A DNA stretch of 63,139 nucleotides, counting the filler. It is 6 parts of 6 records of this genome, joined end to end, with 100 filler letters (N's around TTAATTAATTAA, not from the genome) between each part and the next. Parts side by side here need not be neighbours in the genome. Positions count along the whole stretch, not along the records: positions 37,587 to 48,167 come from DRR723986_15910; 5 more parts are not named here. One strand, written 5' to 3'. The position numbers and the translations under genes are program-made. Below are positions 37,741-48,267 of this stretch, piece by piece. Position 1 is the first letter of the stretch. Each line of letters starts with the position of its first letter. The notes beneath the pieces are model-generated. The model did no database searches, was not told where the DNA came from, and saw only the letters and a list, made by a program, of their open reading frames with translations.

Positions 37741-38727
37741 TTACGATTGCAGCGCCGCCAACTTCTCGAACAACTTGCGCTCGTCCTTACTTAACTCGGT
37801 CGGCAAAACAACTTCGATCGTTACAAACAGGTCACCTTTTAACGCACTGTTGTTCGAATGTGGCATGCCCAAGCCCTTAAGGCGTAATTTATGCCCGCTC
37901 TGCGTGCCCGGCTGAATTGTTAACTTAACAGTTCCGCTGAAGGTTTTAACATCTACCTTGCCGCCCAGAACCGCCGTATACAAATCCACCTTGGCCACAC
38001 GGTGCAGGTCATTGCCATCAACCGTCACATCGCTATTGGGACGCACTTTGATGTTAACAAACAGATCGCCGGGAAGCTGCCCAACTCCCGCCGGTTCACC
38101 CTTGCCCGAAATTTTGAGCTTTTGTCCGTCGCGGACACCGGGCTTGAGGTTAAGTTTAATCTTTTTGCCGTTAACCGCAATTAAACGCTCTACGCCCGTC
38201 CAGGACTCCTGCAGATCAATCTCAACCGTGGCTTCGTAATTGCGCGCCTTGCGCTGACGCATCTGGCCGCGCGGCCCACGCCCGGCGCCACCTGGGCCTC
38301 CAGGCCCGCCCTGACCATTCTCGCGATTAAACACCGACTGAAAAAAGTCGGAAAAACCATCGACGCCGCCACTGAAAAAAGAGCCAATGTCGCCAAAGAA
38401 TTGCCCGCCCTGCTGACCACCGGCACCGGGACGCGCACGTCCCCCGCCTGCATCGGTCCACTGGCTCCAGTCAAAACCGCCCTGGCCGCCGCCGCGTTCG
38501 TATTGCCTGTATTGGCTACCGAGCCGATCGTACTTCTTACGCTGGTCGGGATCGCTAAGTACGGCATAGGCCTCGCTGATAGATTTAAAACGTTTTTCGG
38601 CCGCTGGGTCATCGGGTTTGGCATCGGGATGGTTTTCACGTGCCAACTTGCGATAAGCCTTTTTGATTTCGTCCTGCGTTGCCGAGCGCGTCACGCCCAG
38701 CGTTTTATAGTAATCCTGAAATTCCAT
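37741..38727 (-). CDS. DnaJ class B / CbpA-like co-chaperone
   Basis: J-domain with HPD, G/F-rich region and DnaJ_C; no CxxCxGxG zinc finger. Confidence 0.93.
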   Translation of the reverse strand: MEFQDYYKTLGVTRSATQDEIKKAYRKLARENHPDAKPDDPAAEKRFKSISEAYAVLSDPDQRKKYDRLGSQYRQYERGGGQGGFDWSQWTDAGGGRARPGAGGQQGGQFFGDIGSFFSGGVDGFSDFFQSVFNRENGQGGPGGPGGAGRGPRGQMRQRKARNYEATVEIDLQESWTGVERLIAVNGKKIKLNLKPGVRDGQKLKISGKGEPAGVGQLPGDLFVNIKVRPNSDVTVDGNDLHRVAKVDLYTAVLGGKVDVKTFSGTVKLTIQPGTQSGHKLRLKGLGMPHSNNSALKGDLFVTIEVVLPTELSKDERKLFEKLAALQS

Positions 38728-38918
38728 AGAGCAGAAATCCACACATAATTGTTGGGGTCGGGTGTAGTAACGGACGACGGGCGTCTGACATTTTCCCGCG
38801 GCCATAATTAGCGCGGCAGTGCCACGTCAGCAAACGGGAAACTATTATGTCTGCCGCACCGCTCCAGCGGACCAAGAGTACATTTTCCAATAACACATTA
38901 TATTTTCGGAACGCCCTT

Positions 38919-39956
38919 ATGTCATTTGAGCTGTTACGCGAGTTATGTGCCACGCCGGCTGCGCCCGGCCGCGAAGATCAATTCCGTGCCGTCGTGCGCC
39001 GTGAAATGGAACAGATAGCTGACGAGATTACCGAAGACGCCGTTGGCAACCTTTACGCCGTCCGTCGCGGCAATAGCAAGTCCCCGCGCAAGATCATGAT
39101 TGCCGCGCACATGGACGAGATTGCACTGATGGTTCGGTTTATTAGCAAAGAAGGTTTCATTTATTTTAGCCCGCTGGGTGGTTTTGACCCGCGAACCCTT
39201 GTGGCACAACGCGTTAAAGTTCATGGCCGCGAGACGCTCGACGGATGTATCGGCATAAAAGCCACACACTTTACCACGCCGGAAGACCGCAAAAAAGTTA
39301 CGCCACTGCCGGAATTGTTCATTGATCTGGGCCTCCCCGGCGACGAAGTCAAAAAGCTGGTACGCGTCGGCGATCCTATCACGCTCGAACGCGAACTGAT
39401 CCCGATGGGCAATTTTTACTGCGGCAAAACCCTGGACGACCGCGTTGGTGTCTACACCATGATTGAAGCATTCCGCCGCATGGAACGCAGCGAGGACGAC
39501 ATTTATGCTGTGGCAACCGTGCAGGAAGAGGTTGGTGTACGTGGTGCGCGTGCCGCCGCATTTGGCCTGGATCCCGATGTTGGGCTGGCACTCGACATCA
39601 CGATTGCAGCCGACACTCCCGGCATTGAAGAACAAAACCACTGTGTGCGCCTCGACGATGGTGTTGGCATCAAAGTCTTTGATTCCTGGTCGATTTCGCA
39701 TCCAAAACTGGTTGACTTCCTGCGTGAACTGGCCGAGAAACATCAGGTCAAATATCAGATGGAAGTTCTGCCGGCCGGTGGAACTGACGCCGGTGGAATT
39801 TTCGCCAGCCGCGCTGGAATTCCCGTCGGAACTTTGTCAATTCCCTGCCGTTATACACACTCGGTCGTTGAATCTGTACACAAGGACGACGTCGAACGCT
39901 GCATCGAACTAACCAAGTTGTTTATGCAACATTCGGGGCAATTCCGTCTCAAATAA
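38919..39956 (+). CDS. M42 family metallo-aminopeptidase
   Basis: AAHMDEI, KTLDDRVG, QEEVGVRGA, GGTDA and RYTHS motifs. Confidence 0.94.
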   Translation: MSFELLRELCATPAAPGREDQFRAVVRREMEQIADEITEDAVGNLYAVRRGNSKSPRKIMIAAHMDEIALMVRFISKEGFIYFSPLGGFDPRTLVAQRVKVHGRETLDGCIGIKATHFTTPEDRKKVTPLPELFIDLGLPGDEVKKLVRVGDPITLERELIPMGNFYCGKTLDDRVGVYTMIEAFRRMERSEDDIYAVATVQEEVGVRGARAAAFGLDPDVGLALDITIAADTPGIEEQNHCVRLDDGVGIKVFDSWSISHPKLVDFLRELAEKHQVKYQMEVLPAGGTDAGGIFASRAGIPVGTLSIPCRYTHSVVESVHKDDVERCIELTKLFMQHSGQFRLK

Positions 39957-40169
39957 TAGGTAGGCGTGTCTTACAACACACGCGCCCTGCCGCTCAAGCG
40001 CTCGGCAGCTGGTTTATGTCGCCGGTAAATCGTAATTTGAGGTTTACCGGCGCTTATTCTTAGCCTGCCATTTAGAGCGAAAGTCTGCCTCCCGGCGCAT
40101 TTTCCATTCGCACTGGCGTCCACGCATATTGCCTTAATCGCAAAAAAGTGTCCGCCTGGATTAACTCGC

Positions 40170-43100
40170 ATGGAACAGTCCGAATCCAATATTAAGCCGC
40201 CGGCTCCCACCGCGAGTCCCGAACGCCCTTCCCTGGTGCGGCGTATTGGACGTTGGATTGCACGCAGCATCATTTTCCTGCTCCTCTTTATCATCCTGAT
40301 TTCCAGTGGCGCATTTCTGGCAACGCAGACACAGTGGTTTCGCGACATCGTTCGCGAACGTGCATTGTTACTTGCCGACGAACATTTAGCGGCCGACCTA
40401 CACTTCACACGGCTGGGTGGCAACTTTCTGACGGGACTGACACTGGACAGCCTGAGCATGATAACGGCCGGGGATACCCTCTTGTTTTCCCCGCAGGTCA
40501 GCTTCAGGTATGACCTCACGGCATTGATGCAAAAAACGATATTCGTTGATCGCATCAGGATCCGGCAAGCCCAGATTAACCTGCTGCGTTCCCCCATCGA
40601 TTCGTCATGGAATTTTGCTCACATCACTAAACCCTCCATTCCCGATCCTGCTGATACCGTTGAAGGTGCGCCATTTGACTGGATCATCAAAGTTCAGGGA
40701 CTTGTGATTGACGATGCGCGCCTGGTGCGCAAAGACCTGCAAGAAACTCCCGAGTCCCCGGATCACGATCTCGGTCCTGAACAGGGCCAAGTAGACCTGG
40801 GCAATATTGATGCTGAGAACTTTACCCTGGCCCTGAGTGCCGACCTGCGTCCAGCCGACGGCGATTTTACAGCCCGCATCGATGTTTTGCGTTTCCTGGA
40901 AACCAATTCAGCATTCCGCGTGCGCGATTTGAGTGGAAATTTCCATGTGGATCGCAATGGCGCCGAAGTTGACGGCATGCGCATCTACACCGACGGCTCA
41001 CACCTGGTCGTTTCGGCCGAGCTGATGGACATAGACCTGCTCAGCGGCGAACCAATGGAAAACTGGCAGGCACAGCCGGCAGCTGTCCGCCTGGATGCGG
41101 ACTCGGTGGCTACAAGCGACCTACACCGATTTCTGCCGGATCTGGCCTTTCTCGATAATTCCGTCGGTTTGAAACTGAATGCCTTCGGCACCTACGGCGA
41201 CCTGACGATTGCAGAGCTGGACCTGCGTATGCGCGAGTCGCGGGTTCGGATGGAAGGCCGCCTGCTCAACCTGCACACTCCCGAAAATCTGTTTATTGAT
41301 GCGGCGATGGACCGCACACAGCTCAGCTATCGCGACGTGCAGACACATGTGCCGGGGCTAGAGATTCCCGATCTCAACTTCCTGGGCACCGTCTACATCC
41401 ACGATGCAGTCTTCCGCGGATACCCACAAGATTTCAACGGCCGCCTGGACGTCAGCACAGCGCTGGGCAGCTTCGTAGCCGAAGGTGATTTGGATGTAAG
41501 TGGCAAAGAGATTGTTTACGACGTCAACGTCTCCTCACAGGCGGCCAATCTTGGCGACTGGCTAGAAGATCCGTCACTGGCGTCGAGCCTGAACACCTCG
41601 ATTGATTTACGTGGCCGTGGCCTCGATTTGAACACAATGGTTGCGGACTTCCGGATTCAGTCCAGTGATTCGCGCCTGGGGGCCTATCGCTATGCGTCTC
41701 TGCTGGCCAAGGGAAAAATTGGCAAGAATGCAACCCTGACGATGGACTCACTGCGAGTAACCTGGCCGCGCGCACGTTTTGCAGGCAAACAAGAGCGGCC
41801 GCCAAGTTTACAGGGGCGCGGCTGGCTTAGATTGGCAGAATTGGATAACCCGGCCTACAACTTGGCCTTTAACCTGCGCAATGTAAATCTGGAAGAATTT
41901 TTTCCGGGCGATACTCTGCCCAGTGCCATCAGTGGAGACATTGACATCAACGGCGTGGGATTTCATCCAGACAGCCTGGAAGTGCAGCTCTCAGCTGATA
42001 TGAACAAGCTCGAAATTCCAGGCGACACCCTTGCACCTTTAGAGTTTAAAGCGCAGATGACGCGTACAAGTGCATCCGAACGTTCCTTTATGCTGGAATC
42101 AGAGATTGCGCGCGTGCGCCTTGAAGGCACGTACAGATTTGAAGCCATTGCCGCCTCCATGAATTCGGTGGTCGATGGCGTCGTTCAGGTGATTGAAGAC
42201 AAATACAACACAATCAACTCAGTCATGAATGACAGTACTTCGATGTCATTTGACCTGGGCATGGAAGAAAGTGAAGAACAGGCCACCGAAGCAATAGACG
42301 CAACGTTTTATGTGCGCCTGCTGGACATCAGCCCGCTAAAACTCTTCGATCAGTCTGAACGCACACTGCAGGCGGACCTCAAGCTGCGCGGATCTATTAG
42401 CGGCCGGACCGACGACTTTTTGTTTGAACTGGACAGCGGATCTGCGATTTCGCAGCTGGACTTTCAGGATGGCCCTACACGGATAGAAATTCCGCCCTCC
42501 AACCTGGGAGCAACCTTCCGGCACGAACGTACCGACTTCGGATATTCCACTTTAACCGGCAGATTTGACTTCAGCAGTGACAGCACGGTTTTGCTGAATG
42601 ACATTCGTTTACGGCGGCCGGCGCTGGACCTGCAATACGGTAATGAGAACCTTGAGTTTAACGTGGCCAGTGGAATCCTGGATGATTATTACGTTAACAC
42701 GCGCGGCATGTTCGATATCAGCGGCCTGGACGAATATGCGATAGCCCTGGATGAATTCCAGTTTACGTTTCGCGACAGCCTGACCTGGAAGTCGCGCAAT
42801 AAAATCGCGGCGAACTTAACATCCAGTGGTGTCCGTCTAGACTCGGTGCAGTTTCAGCGTGACGGGGCTGAACGCATCAGCCTGGGTGGCCTCATCAGTA
42901 CCGAAAACTTTTCGAATACTGAAATTACGGTTGAAAACTTCACCATCAGCGACGCCAACAAGTTTTTCAAACCTGGACCTGAAAATCAGGTGGACGTTCT
43001 CAATCAGATTGCCGGGAGTATCGATACACTTTCAGTTTCGCTGAATGGCACCTGGGAATCGCCGATTATCTCGCTGAACATGCGTGCAGACTCTGTTGAA

Positions 43101-44912
43101 TTTGCCGGTGACTACATGGGCGATAACGTGCTGAGTGTCAACTATCGCGATACGACGATGACGGGCAGTCTGCACATCTTCAAGGGCACGGGCGAGAAAC
43201 GCGAGCGCGCGCTGTTAATGTCGATAGACAAGCTGCCGATTTACCTGGGGCTGGCTGAAAGGTCGGAAGATGCGGAGCTATTGGCCCCCAACCGTGAGGT
43301 TTCCATCTCGATGTTGGCCGACAGCATTTCACTTGGATCTCTGGGATTGTTTGTTCCATCAATCGACAAGATTAAAGGTTTTGCAAATGCCAACTTCCTG
43401 ATTGATGGCCTGACGCCGAACAATTTAAACTACTATGGACATGTAGATATCCTGCGTTCGCAGATGCGCGTGGTCAGCACTAATATGTTGTACGGTGCGC
43501 GGGGTTCAATGACCCTGAACGACGATCTGTTAAGCATCGACTCCCTTATGGTTATTAACCATCCGACGGACCTGCCGGGCAGCATCTCTCGCCGCAAAGC
43601 GAACGTCTTTGGCACAGTCAAGTTTGATGGTTTTGACATTGACAATTTTGACGTTAAGATTTCAACCGACAGGTTTATGGTGCTGAACGAGAGTTCACGC
43701 GCCACCAGTCCGGACCTCTACGGCAACCTGGTGATTGCGACACGCAATCAGCCGTTGCGCCTGCAGGGCAACCTTTTGCGTCCACGCCTGAGCGGTGCGA
43801 TTGAGGTGTTAAATGGCAATCTATCACTGCCCTTAACACGCAAGCAAACCAAGGTGCGGCGTACTTTTTGTTTTGAACGGATAATTCGTGAAGACGGGTC
43901 AATATTTGTGACGGAGCGCGACTGCTCGGACACCTTGTACAAATCTACCGGCGATGTGAAAATTATATCCCGCAAAGATAATGCGGGCAACGATCAGGAG
44001 CGACGCCTGGTGGAAGAAGACCTGGCCTTTGCTGACCGCATCGCATACAACGTTGAGGCCTGGCTCAAAGAGGACCTGACAATACGCATGCCGCTCGGTC
44101 CACTGGAAGAGTTAACTACGATTGTGCGCCAGGAGCGCCCGAACATCCCACTTCGGTATGTGTCGGTTAACACGGAAGATCTTGTTGACAAAGTCGAGGA
44201 ATTGAAAGGCACCCTGAACCTGGTGGAAGGCTCTAAGTACGACTTCTATCGCAGCTTTGGATCTACTGGAACTGTCGTATTCGATGGCCCACCGGCCGCA
44301 CCCGAAATCGACATTGTAGCAGTGCTGGAAACGACACGAAATATAGACAACAGCACCCAAGATTTTACCGTAACAATTACACTAAAAGGCACGCTGGAAC
44401 AGCTTGACGTTTCCTTCACGTACACAATAAATGGTGAAAGGGGCCGCGGAACACCGGAGCAAATCACCAGCAATGCGCTCTCATTGATAGTCTTTGGCAA
44501 AACCCTGGAAGAACTGCAGGGCGGCAATGCTTCCGGACTGGCACGTGGTGAGGAAGTCGTATCCAATATTTCTGGTTCGGTCACAAACAAACTGGCAAGT
44601 GAACTGGTTGGCGACTTGCTGCAGGATCTGGGATTTGTAGAAAGCGTAGAAGTCCAGTTGGGGCAAACTCAGGCACGTGTACAAGTGCGTGGTACAATCA
44701 TGAACAGTGGACTGGGATATCAGGTAGATTCGGACTTTGGCGAGAGCGGACTGGTGACTGTTACTTTTGATCTTCCATTGAGCGCGTTAACTGACATCAC
44801 TTTACTGCGCGATCTATTCTTGAGTTTCTCGGGTTCAACCGGCTCAGTAAACAACTCAGTGCGCCGCGAAAAGGAATTGGAAGTCAAATTTGGTATCAAA
44901 CGCTCGTTGTAA
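40170..44912 (+). CDS. TamB/AsmA-like translocation and assembly module protein
   Basis: 1580 aa; N-terminal TM anchor, long beta-rich repeats and DUF490-like C-terminus (FDGPPAAPEIDIVA). Confidence 0.8.
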   Translation: MEQSESNIKPPAPTASPERPSLVRRIGRWIARSIIFLLLFIILISSGAFLATQTQWFRDIVRERALLLADEHLAADLHFTRLGGNFLTGLTLDSLSMITAGDTLLFSPQVSFRYDLTALMQKTIFVDRIRIRQAQINLLRSPIDSSWNFAHITKPSIPDPADTVEGAPFDWIIKVQGLVIDDARLVRKDLQETPESPDHDLGPEQGQVDLGNIDAENFTLALSADLRPADGDFTARIDVLRFLETNSAFRVRDLSGNFHVDRNGAEVDGMRIYTDGSHLVVSAELMDIDLLSGEPMENWQAQPAAVRLDADSVATSDLHRFLPDLAFLDNSVGLKLNAFGTYGDLTIAELDLRMRESRVRMEGRLLNLHTPENLFIDAAMDRTQLSYRDVQTHVPGLEIPDLNFLGTVYIHDAVFRGYPQDFNGRLDVSTALGSFVAEGDLDVSGKEIVYDVNVSSQAANLGDWLEDPSLASSLNTSIDLRGRGLDLNTMVADFRIQSSDSRLGAYRYASLLAKGKIGKNATLTMDSLRVTWPRARFAGKQERPPSLQGRGWLRLAELDNPAYNLAFNLRNVNLEEFFPGDTLPSAISGDIDINGVGFHPDSLEVQLSADMNKLEIPGDTLAPLEFKAQMTRTSASERSFMLESEIARVRLEGTYRFEAIAASMNSVVDGVVQVIEDKYNTINSVMNDSTSMSFDLGMEESEEQATEAIDATFYVRLLDISPLKLFDQSERTLQADLKLRGSISGRTDDFLFELDSGSAISQLDFQDGPTRIEIPPSNLGATFRHERTDFGYSTLTGRFDFSSDSTVLLNDIRLRRPALDLQYGNENLEFNVASGILDDYYVNTRGMFDISGLDEYAIALDEFQFTFRDSLTWKSRNKIAANLTSSGVRLDSVQFQRDGAERISLGGLISTENFSNTEITVENFTISDANKFFKPGPENQVDVLNQIAGSIDTLSVSLNGTWESPIISLNMRADSVEFAGDYMGDNVLSVNYRDTTMTGSLHIFKGTGEKRERALLMSIDKLPIYLGLAERSEDAELLAPNREVSISMLADSISLGSLGLFVPSIDKIKGFANANFLIDGLTPNNLNYYGHVDILRSQMRVVSTNMLYGARGSMTLNDDLLSIDSLMVINHPTDLPGSISRRKANVFGTVKFDGFDIDNFDVKISTDRFMVLNESSRATSPDLYGNLVIATRNQPLRLQGNLLRPRLSGAIEVLNGNLSLPLTRKQTKVRRTFCFERIIREDGSIFVTERDCSDTLYKSTGDVKIISRKDNAGNDQERRLVEEDLAFADRIAYNVEAWLKEDLTIRMPLGPLEELTTIVRQERPNIPLRYVSVNTEDLVDKVEELKGTLNLVEGSKYDFYRSFGSTGTVVFDGPPAAPEIDIVAVLETTRNIDNSTQDFTVTITLKGTLEQLDVSFTYTINGERGRGTPEQITSNALSLIVFGKTLEELQGGNASGLARGEEVVSNISGSVTNKLASELVGDLLQDLGFVESVEVQLGQTQARVQVRGTIMNSGLGYQVDSDFGESGLVTVTFDLPLSALTDITLLRDLFLSFSGSTGSVNNSVRREKELEVKFGIKRSL

Positions 44913-45095
44913 GCCGGCAAATTGCCATAACAGAACACAACACTACGCTACATTGATTTCGGCTTGATGTTTGACGGATCGTCACGACAGACTCCAGACG
45001 GAGCTTCTCTGCGGCATGGCTTAGCTGTGGCAGGCGGAGAGACTACAATCAGACCTGAAAATCGGTGGTAAAGTTTTCTGGCTGACAACGGACGC

Positions 45096-45623
45096 TTAGG
45101 CCTCGGGGGCTTTGGGCGGCGTGATTTGACACAGGACTTGATTCTTTTCGACTGCCTGGCCAGCTTCAACGACCAACTTGCTAATGATGCCGGCAGCTGG
45201 TGCGGCGATATCATTCTCCATCTTCATGGCTTCAAGTACCAGTAAGCGATCACCTTTTTTGACTTCCTGATCCAGCACAACATCGACAGCTTTGATGAGC
45301 CCCGGCATCGGTGATTTGACCGTAACAAGTCCGTCACTGGCACGCGCGGTCTGTTTGAGGAGGCTCTGTAAAAACATATCGCGTTCATTGCGGACGCGCA
45401 GTCGGTAATTGTAACCACGCATACAGACAATGATTTCGCCCTCTTCTCCGGTGCGCGCCACAAAGGGAATGCGTTTGCCTTCGACCATTGCGTAAAAAAC
45501 ACGCGCGTCATTTTCATCGGCAATTATGCGAAAGGTCGGGCCGCTGGTGATACTAACACCTTCATCCAGAAGCTCACCCTGAAGGGCAGGTTCAAACAGC
45601 TCCGATTCGATTTGATAACGCAT
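45096..45623 (-). CDS. Biotin carboxyl carrier (biotin/lipoyl attachment) protein
   Basis: KSPMPG...LEAMKMEN biotinylation motif. Confidence 0.92.
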   Translation of the reverse strand: MRYQIESELFEPALQGELLDEGVSITSGPTFRIIADENDARVFYAMVEGKRIPFVARTGEEGEIIVCMRGYNYRLRVRNERDMFLQSLLKQTARASDGLVTVKSPMPGLIKAVDVVLDQEVKKGDRLLVLEAMKMENDIAAPAAGIISKLVVEAGQAVEKNQVLCQITPPKAPEA

Positions 45624-45976
45624 AGGACACGCCCATTTCAAGAAGTGCAGTACAAGTAAACTTCAATTTACGCAAGGCAGGCGTCCCCGCCAAGGACAGT
45701 ATGCATTTAGGGTATCGCAGAGCAAAAATCGAGATAGTTCAGTGTGCCTTTCAGCGCCTAACTAGCTATTTATAGCCATAGAGTAACCAGTATTAACCAT
45801 GCGCATTATGACAATTTTAGGCTATTGAACGCCAGGGCGTGGACATGTAATTTGCAGTCGATTCGGGGAAGCTCCGAAGCAAGTCCAAAACTCTTTCCAT
45901 CCGATATCTTTGACAATCAGATTTCCTCCGCAATCGAGGAAAATACCTACTCCCGCACTGCGTGCCCGCTCGCCTG

Positions 45977-46330
45977 TTAATCGGCGGCTGAATTTGGCAT
46001 GGACACTTTTTGCGCAACGCGGTATTGTTGCCGGGATTCTGGAACGCCATTCACCATGTGGATTCGCGCCTTAATCCGCGCTGGCAGGTCTGCAAATTGT
46101 GGACTCCCCAGCAAACACTTCACCCAGTTCCGCACTATCCCAGCAGCAAATGAATCTGCTGCGTTGCGCAAAAAAACAAGCTGATGCCTCCGAACGACAA
46201 GCACGGGGCGCAGTGGCAGGGAGACTATTTGAGCATCAATGGCACTCGCCTGCTCACCTTTTTTACCACTGACTTCCAGACGTGGATTGTGATAGTGACG
46301 GTTTCCCTTCACCACTTGGGATACCGTCAT
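45977..46330 (-). CDS. Possible small hypothetical protein
   Basis: 117-aa ORF 30 nt after the upstream gene, with an A-rich start context; no recognisable motif. Confidence 0.25.
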   Translation of the reverse strand: MTVSQVVKGNRHYHNPRLEVSGKKGEQASAIDAQIVSLPLRPVLVVRRHQLVFLRNAADSFAAGIVRNWVKCLLGSPQFADLPARIKARIHMVNGVPESRQQYRVAQKVSMPNSAAD

Positions 46331-46359
46331 TTTTTTGTTTTAAATTTTCCTGGAGGCCC

Positions 46360-47274
46360 TTAATTCACTGTCGGTTTTAGGCCCAGTTTCTTGAGCAGCT
46401 TTTCGTCCTGGTTACGCTGCAACTCCCAATATGGCAGGCGTTCACTCTTAAGCAGCGTTCCTTTTTCAATAGTTGTACTACCTTCACGATGGTGATAGGC
46501 CAAGATGTGGCGGACTTCATCCTTAGCGACGCTAAACTCCCAGGACTTATCTCCGCTCGTGATGGTCCAGATCGTAACTGCATGGTTCTTGCCACCTTGA
46601 TTGACCGATCCGTCGCGCTTCTTTACAAGTGCTTTACTCGGCGTCATATCCACATGGAACAGACGTGCAAATTCGAGTGAAGGGTAAAAAGTGTATTCGC
46701 CTGCATTGAGCGGACGGACCAATTCACGTACGGCAATAAATAGTTCATCGGCAAGAAGCGTCGGACCATTTTTAGATAATGTGCTACGCCGGTCTGACTC
46801 TGACTCAAAGTATGAATTCGACTGTGATTCGTATTCGCGGCCGCGATTATTTAACTGGTGAAAAGTCATCCCGCACCATTCCTGGCTGCTAAAGGTAACT
46901 TTCAGTGGCTCACCGGCTTTTGCAGCGGCTGTGGCGTTCCCAGAACCGGTTTTGACTGTGTAATCGTTGAGCGGCACAAAAACGGAGCTCATCACTGAAT
47001 ATTCATAAACTCCCGTTTGATAGAGCTTAACGCGATTCTGCTTGAGCACCTGGACCACATCCTGGCCGGAGCCACGATCTGATTTAACCTGTTTGTTTGT
47101 GTTAAAGGGTTCGGTGACGTAAATATGCGCCACACGCGCTGCGCGCTCCTGACCGTAACGGTTTTGGGTGACTTCATACGTGCTAATCTCAGCTTTGCCA
47201 TCTCCCCAGTGGGACCAGAAAGTTGGTGAGGCAATCAACAGAACACTGGCGGCAAGTGCACTTAGTGACAACAT
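46360..47274 (-). CDS. Conserved secreted hypothetical protein
   Basis: Signal peptide; WxDGKAEI, VTEPF, TGVYEYSVMSSVF, SSQEWCG and SYFE blocks typical of an uncharacterised family. Confidence 0.8.
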   Translation of the reverse strand: MLSLSALAASVLLIASPTFWSHWGDGKAEISTYEVTQNRYGQERAARVAHIYVTEPFNTNKQVKSDRGSGQDVVQVLKQNRVKLYQTGVYEYSVMSSVFVPLNDYTVKTGSGNATAAAKAGEPLKVTFSSQEWCGMTFHQLNNRGREYESQSNSYFESESDRRSTLSKNGPTLLADELFIAVRELVRPLNAGEYTFYPSLEFARLFHVDMTPSKALVKKRDGSVNQGGKNHAVTIWTITSGDKSWEFSVAKDEVRHILAYHHREGSTTIEKGTLLKSERLPYWELQRNQDEKLLKKLGLKPTVN

Positions 47275-47361
47275 AGGATCCTCCGGAATACATAATCGCG
47301 GCTATACATTACATCTACAGATGAAGTAAACGTTTTAGCAGGCCGATGTTGTTCCGCAGAA

Positions 47362-48000
47362 TCAATCTTTAGTCGTAATTGAGGGGAAATAGACGCGCAT
47401 GAGTTCCGCCAGTCCGGCGCTGCGCAGGTGTGGTGGCATGCTAAAATTGAAGGTCTGAAGCACAAATACGACAAATATCAAACCAAGCGTCACACCGGCG
47501 AGCGAGGTGTACCAACCGTGTAATACATCAAACTCAGCTTTTAGACTAATTAGGGCCAAATCGGCGGCATCCAGCCCAAGCATTTGGGCATTCAGGCTGC
47601 GCATTTCAGGGCCAATGTACAAGGCGTAGATAAACAAGAGAATTACAGATATCCACAGCAACAGCGAGGGTAGGAGATTACGCAGTCCGGACGCGACGCG
47701 GCGATAAAGTGCCAGGCCAAAAAACATGAGTGATGCGCCGCAGCACTCAAAAATATTTAGACGTTCTAGAATTGTGGAGTTTAGCTGGCCGGCTGCTTCG
47801 ACGGGTAAAACTTTAAACAGGACGGCAGCAACGCCAAGCCCAAAAAACATGAATCCACCAAACCACACGGCGAAGCCGCTGTAAAACAGTGCAGGTGCAA
47901 GTACTGTAGTCGAAAATGAAAAGTGCGTTGGAATTACCGGACGGGTGCTGTCCGTATTCTGACTATCTCGGCCACTGTGGTTCTCTTCCCTGCTACTCAT
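47362..48000 (-). CDS. DUF4149/TMEM205-like membrane protein
   Basis: Four TM segments; WFGG...AAVLFK and FDVLH motifs. Confidence 0.7.
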   Translation of the reverse strand: MSSREENHSGRDSQNTDSTRPVIPTHFSFSTTVLAPALFYSGFAVWFGGFMFFGLGVAAVLFKVLPVEAAGQLNSTILERLNIFECCGASLMFFGLALYRRVASGLRNLLPSLLLWISVILLFIYALYIGPEMRSLNAQMLGLDAADLALISLKAEFDVLHGWYTSLAGVTLGLIFVVFVLQTFNFSMPPHLRSAGLAELMRVYFPSITTKD

Positions 48001-48040
48001 GTCCTGACCTTAGATTTGACAACTATCGACAAAAAAGGGC

Positions 48041-48086
48041 AAAAAAAATGCCTTACCATCGGGGAAGGAGGTTGATGGTAAGGCAT
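48041..48086 (-). terminator. Intrinsic terminator downstream of tRNA-Gly
   Basis: 13-bp perfect stem ATGCCTTACCATC/GATGGTAAGGCAT with U-tail on the minus strand. Confidence 0.8.
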
Positions 48087-48122
48087 GCAGCATAAAGAGG
48101 AAGAGAACGACTGATATGGGCG

Positions 48123-48167
48123 AGCGGGAAACGAGGCTCGAACTCGCGACCCCAACCTTGGCAAGGT
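48123..48167 (-). tRNA. tRNA-Gly(GCC), 5'-truncated; CCA not encoded
   Basis: Minus strand ACCTTGCCAAGGTT anticodon arm, GTTCGAG T-loop and TTCCCGCT acceptor end. Confidence 0.92.
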
Positions 48168-48267
48168 NNNNNNNNNNNNNNNNNNNNNNNNNNNNNNNNN
48201 NNNNNNNNNNNTTAATTAATTAANNNNNNNNNNNNNNNNNNNNNNNNNNNNNNNNNNNNNNNNNNNN
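48168..48267. other. Artificial contig linker
   Basis: N44-TTAATTAATTAA-N44. Confidence 0.99.
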
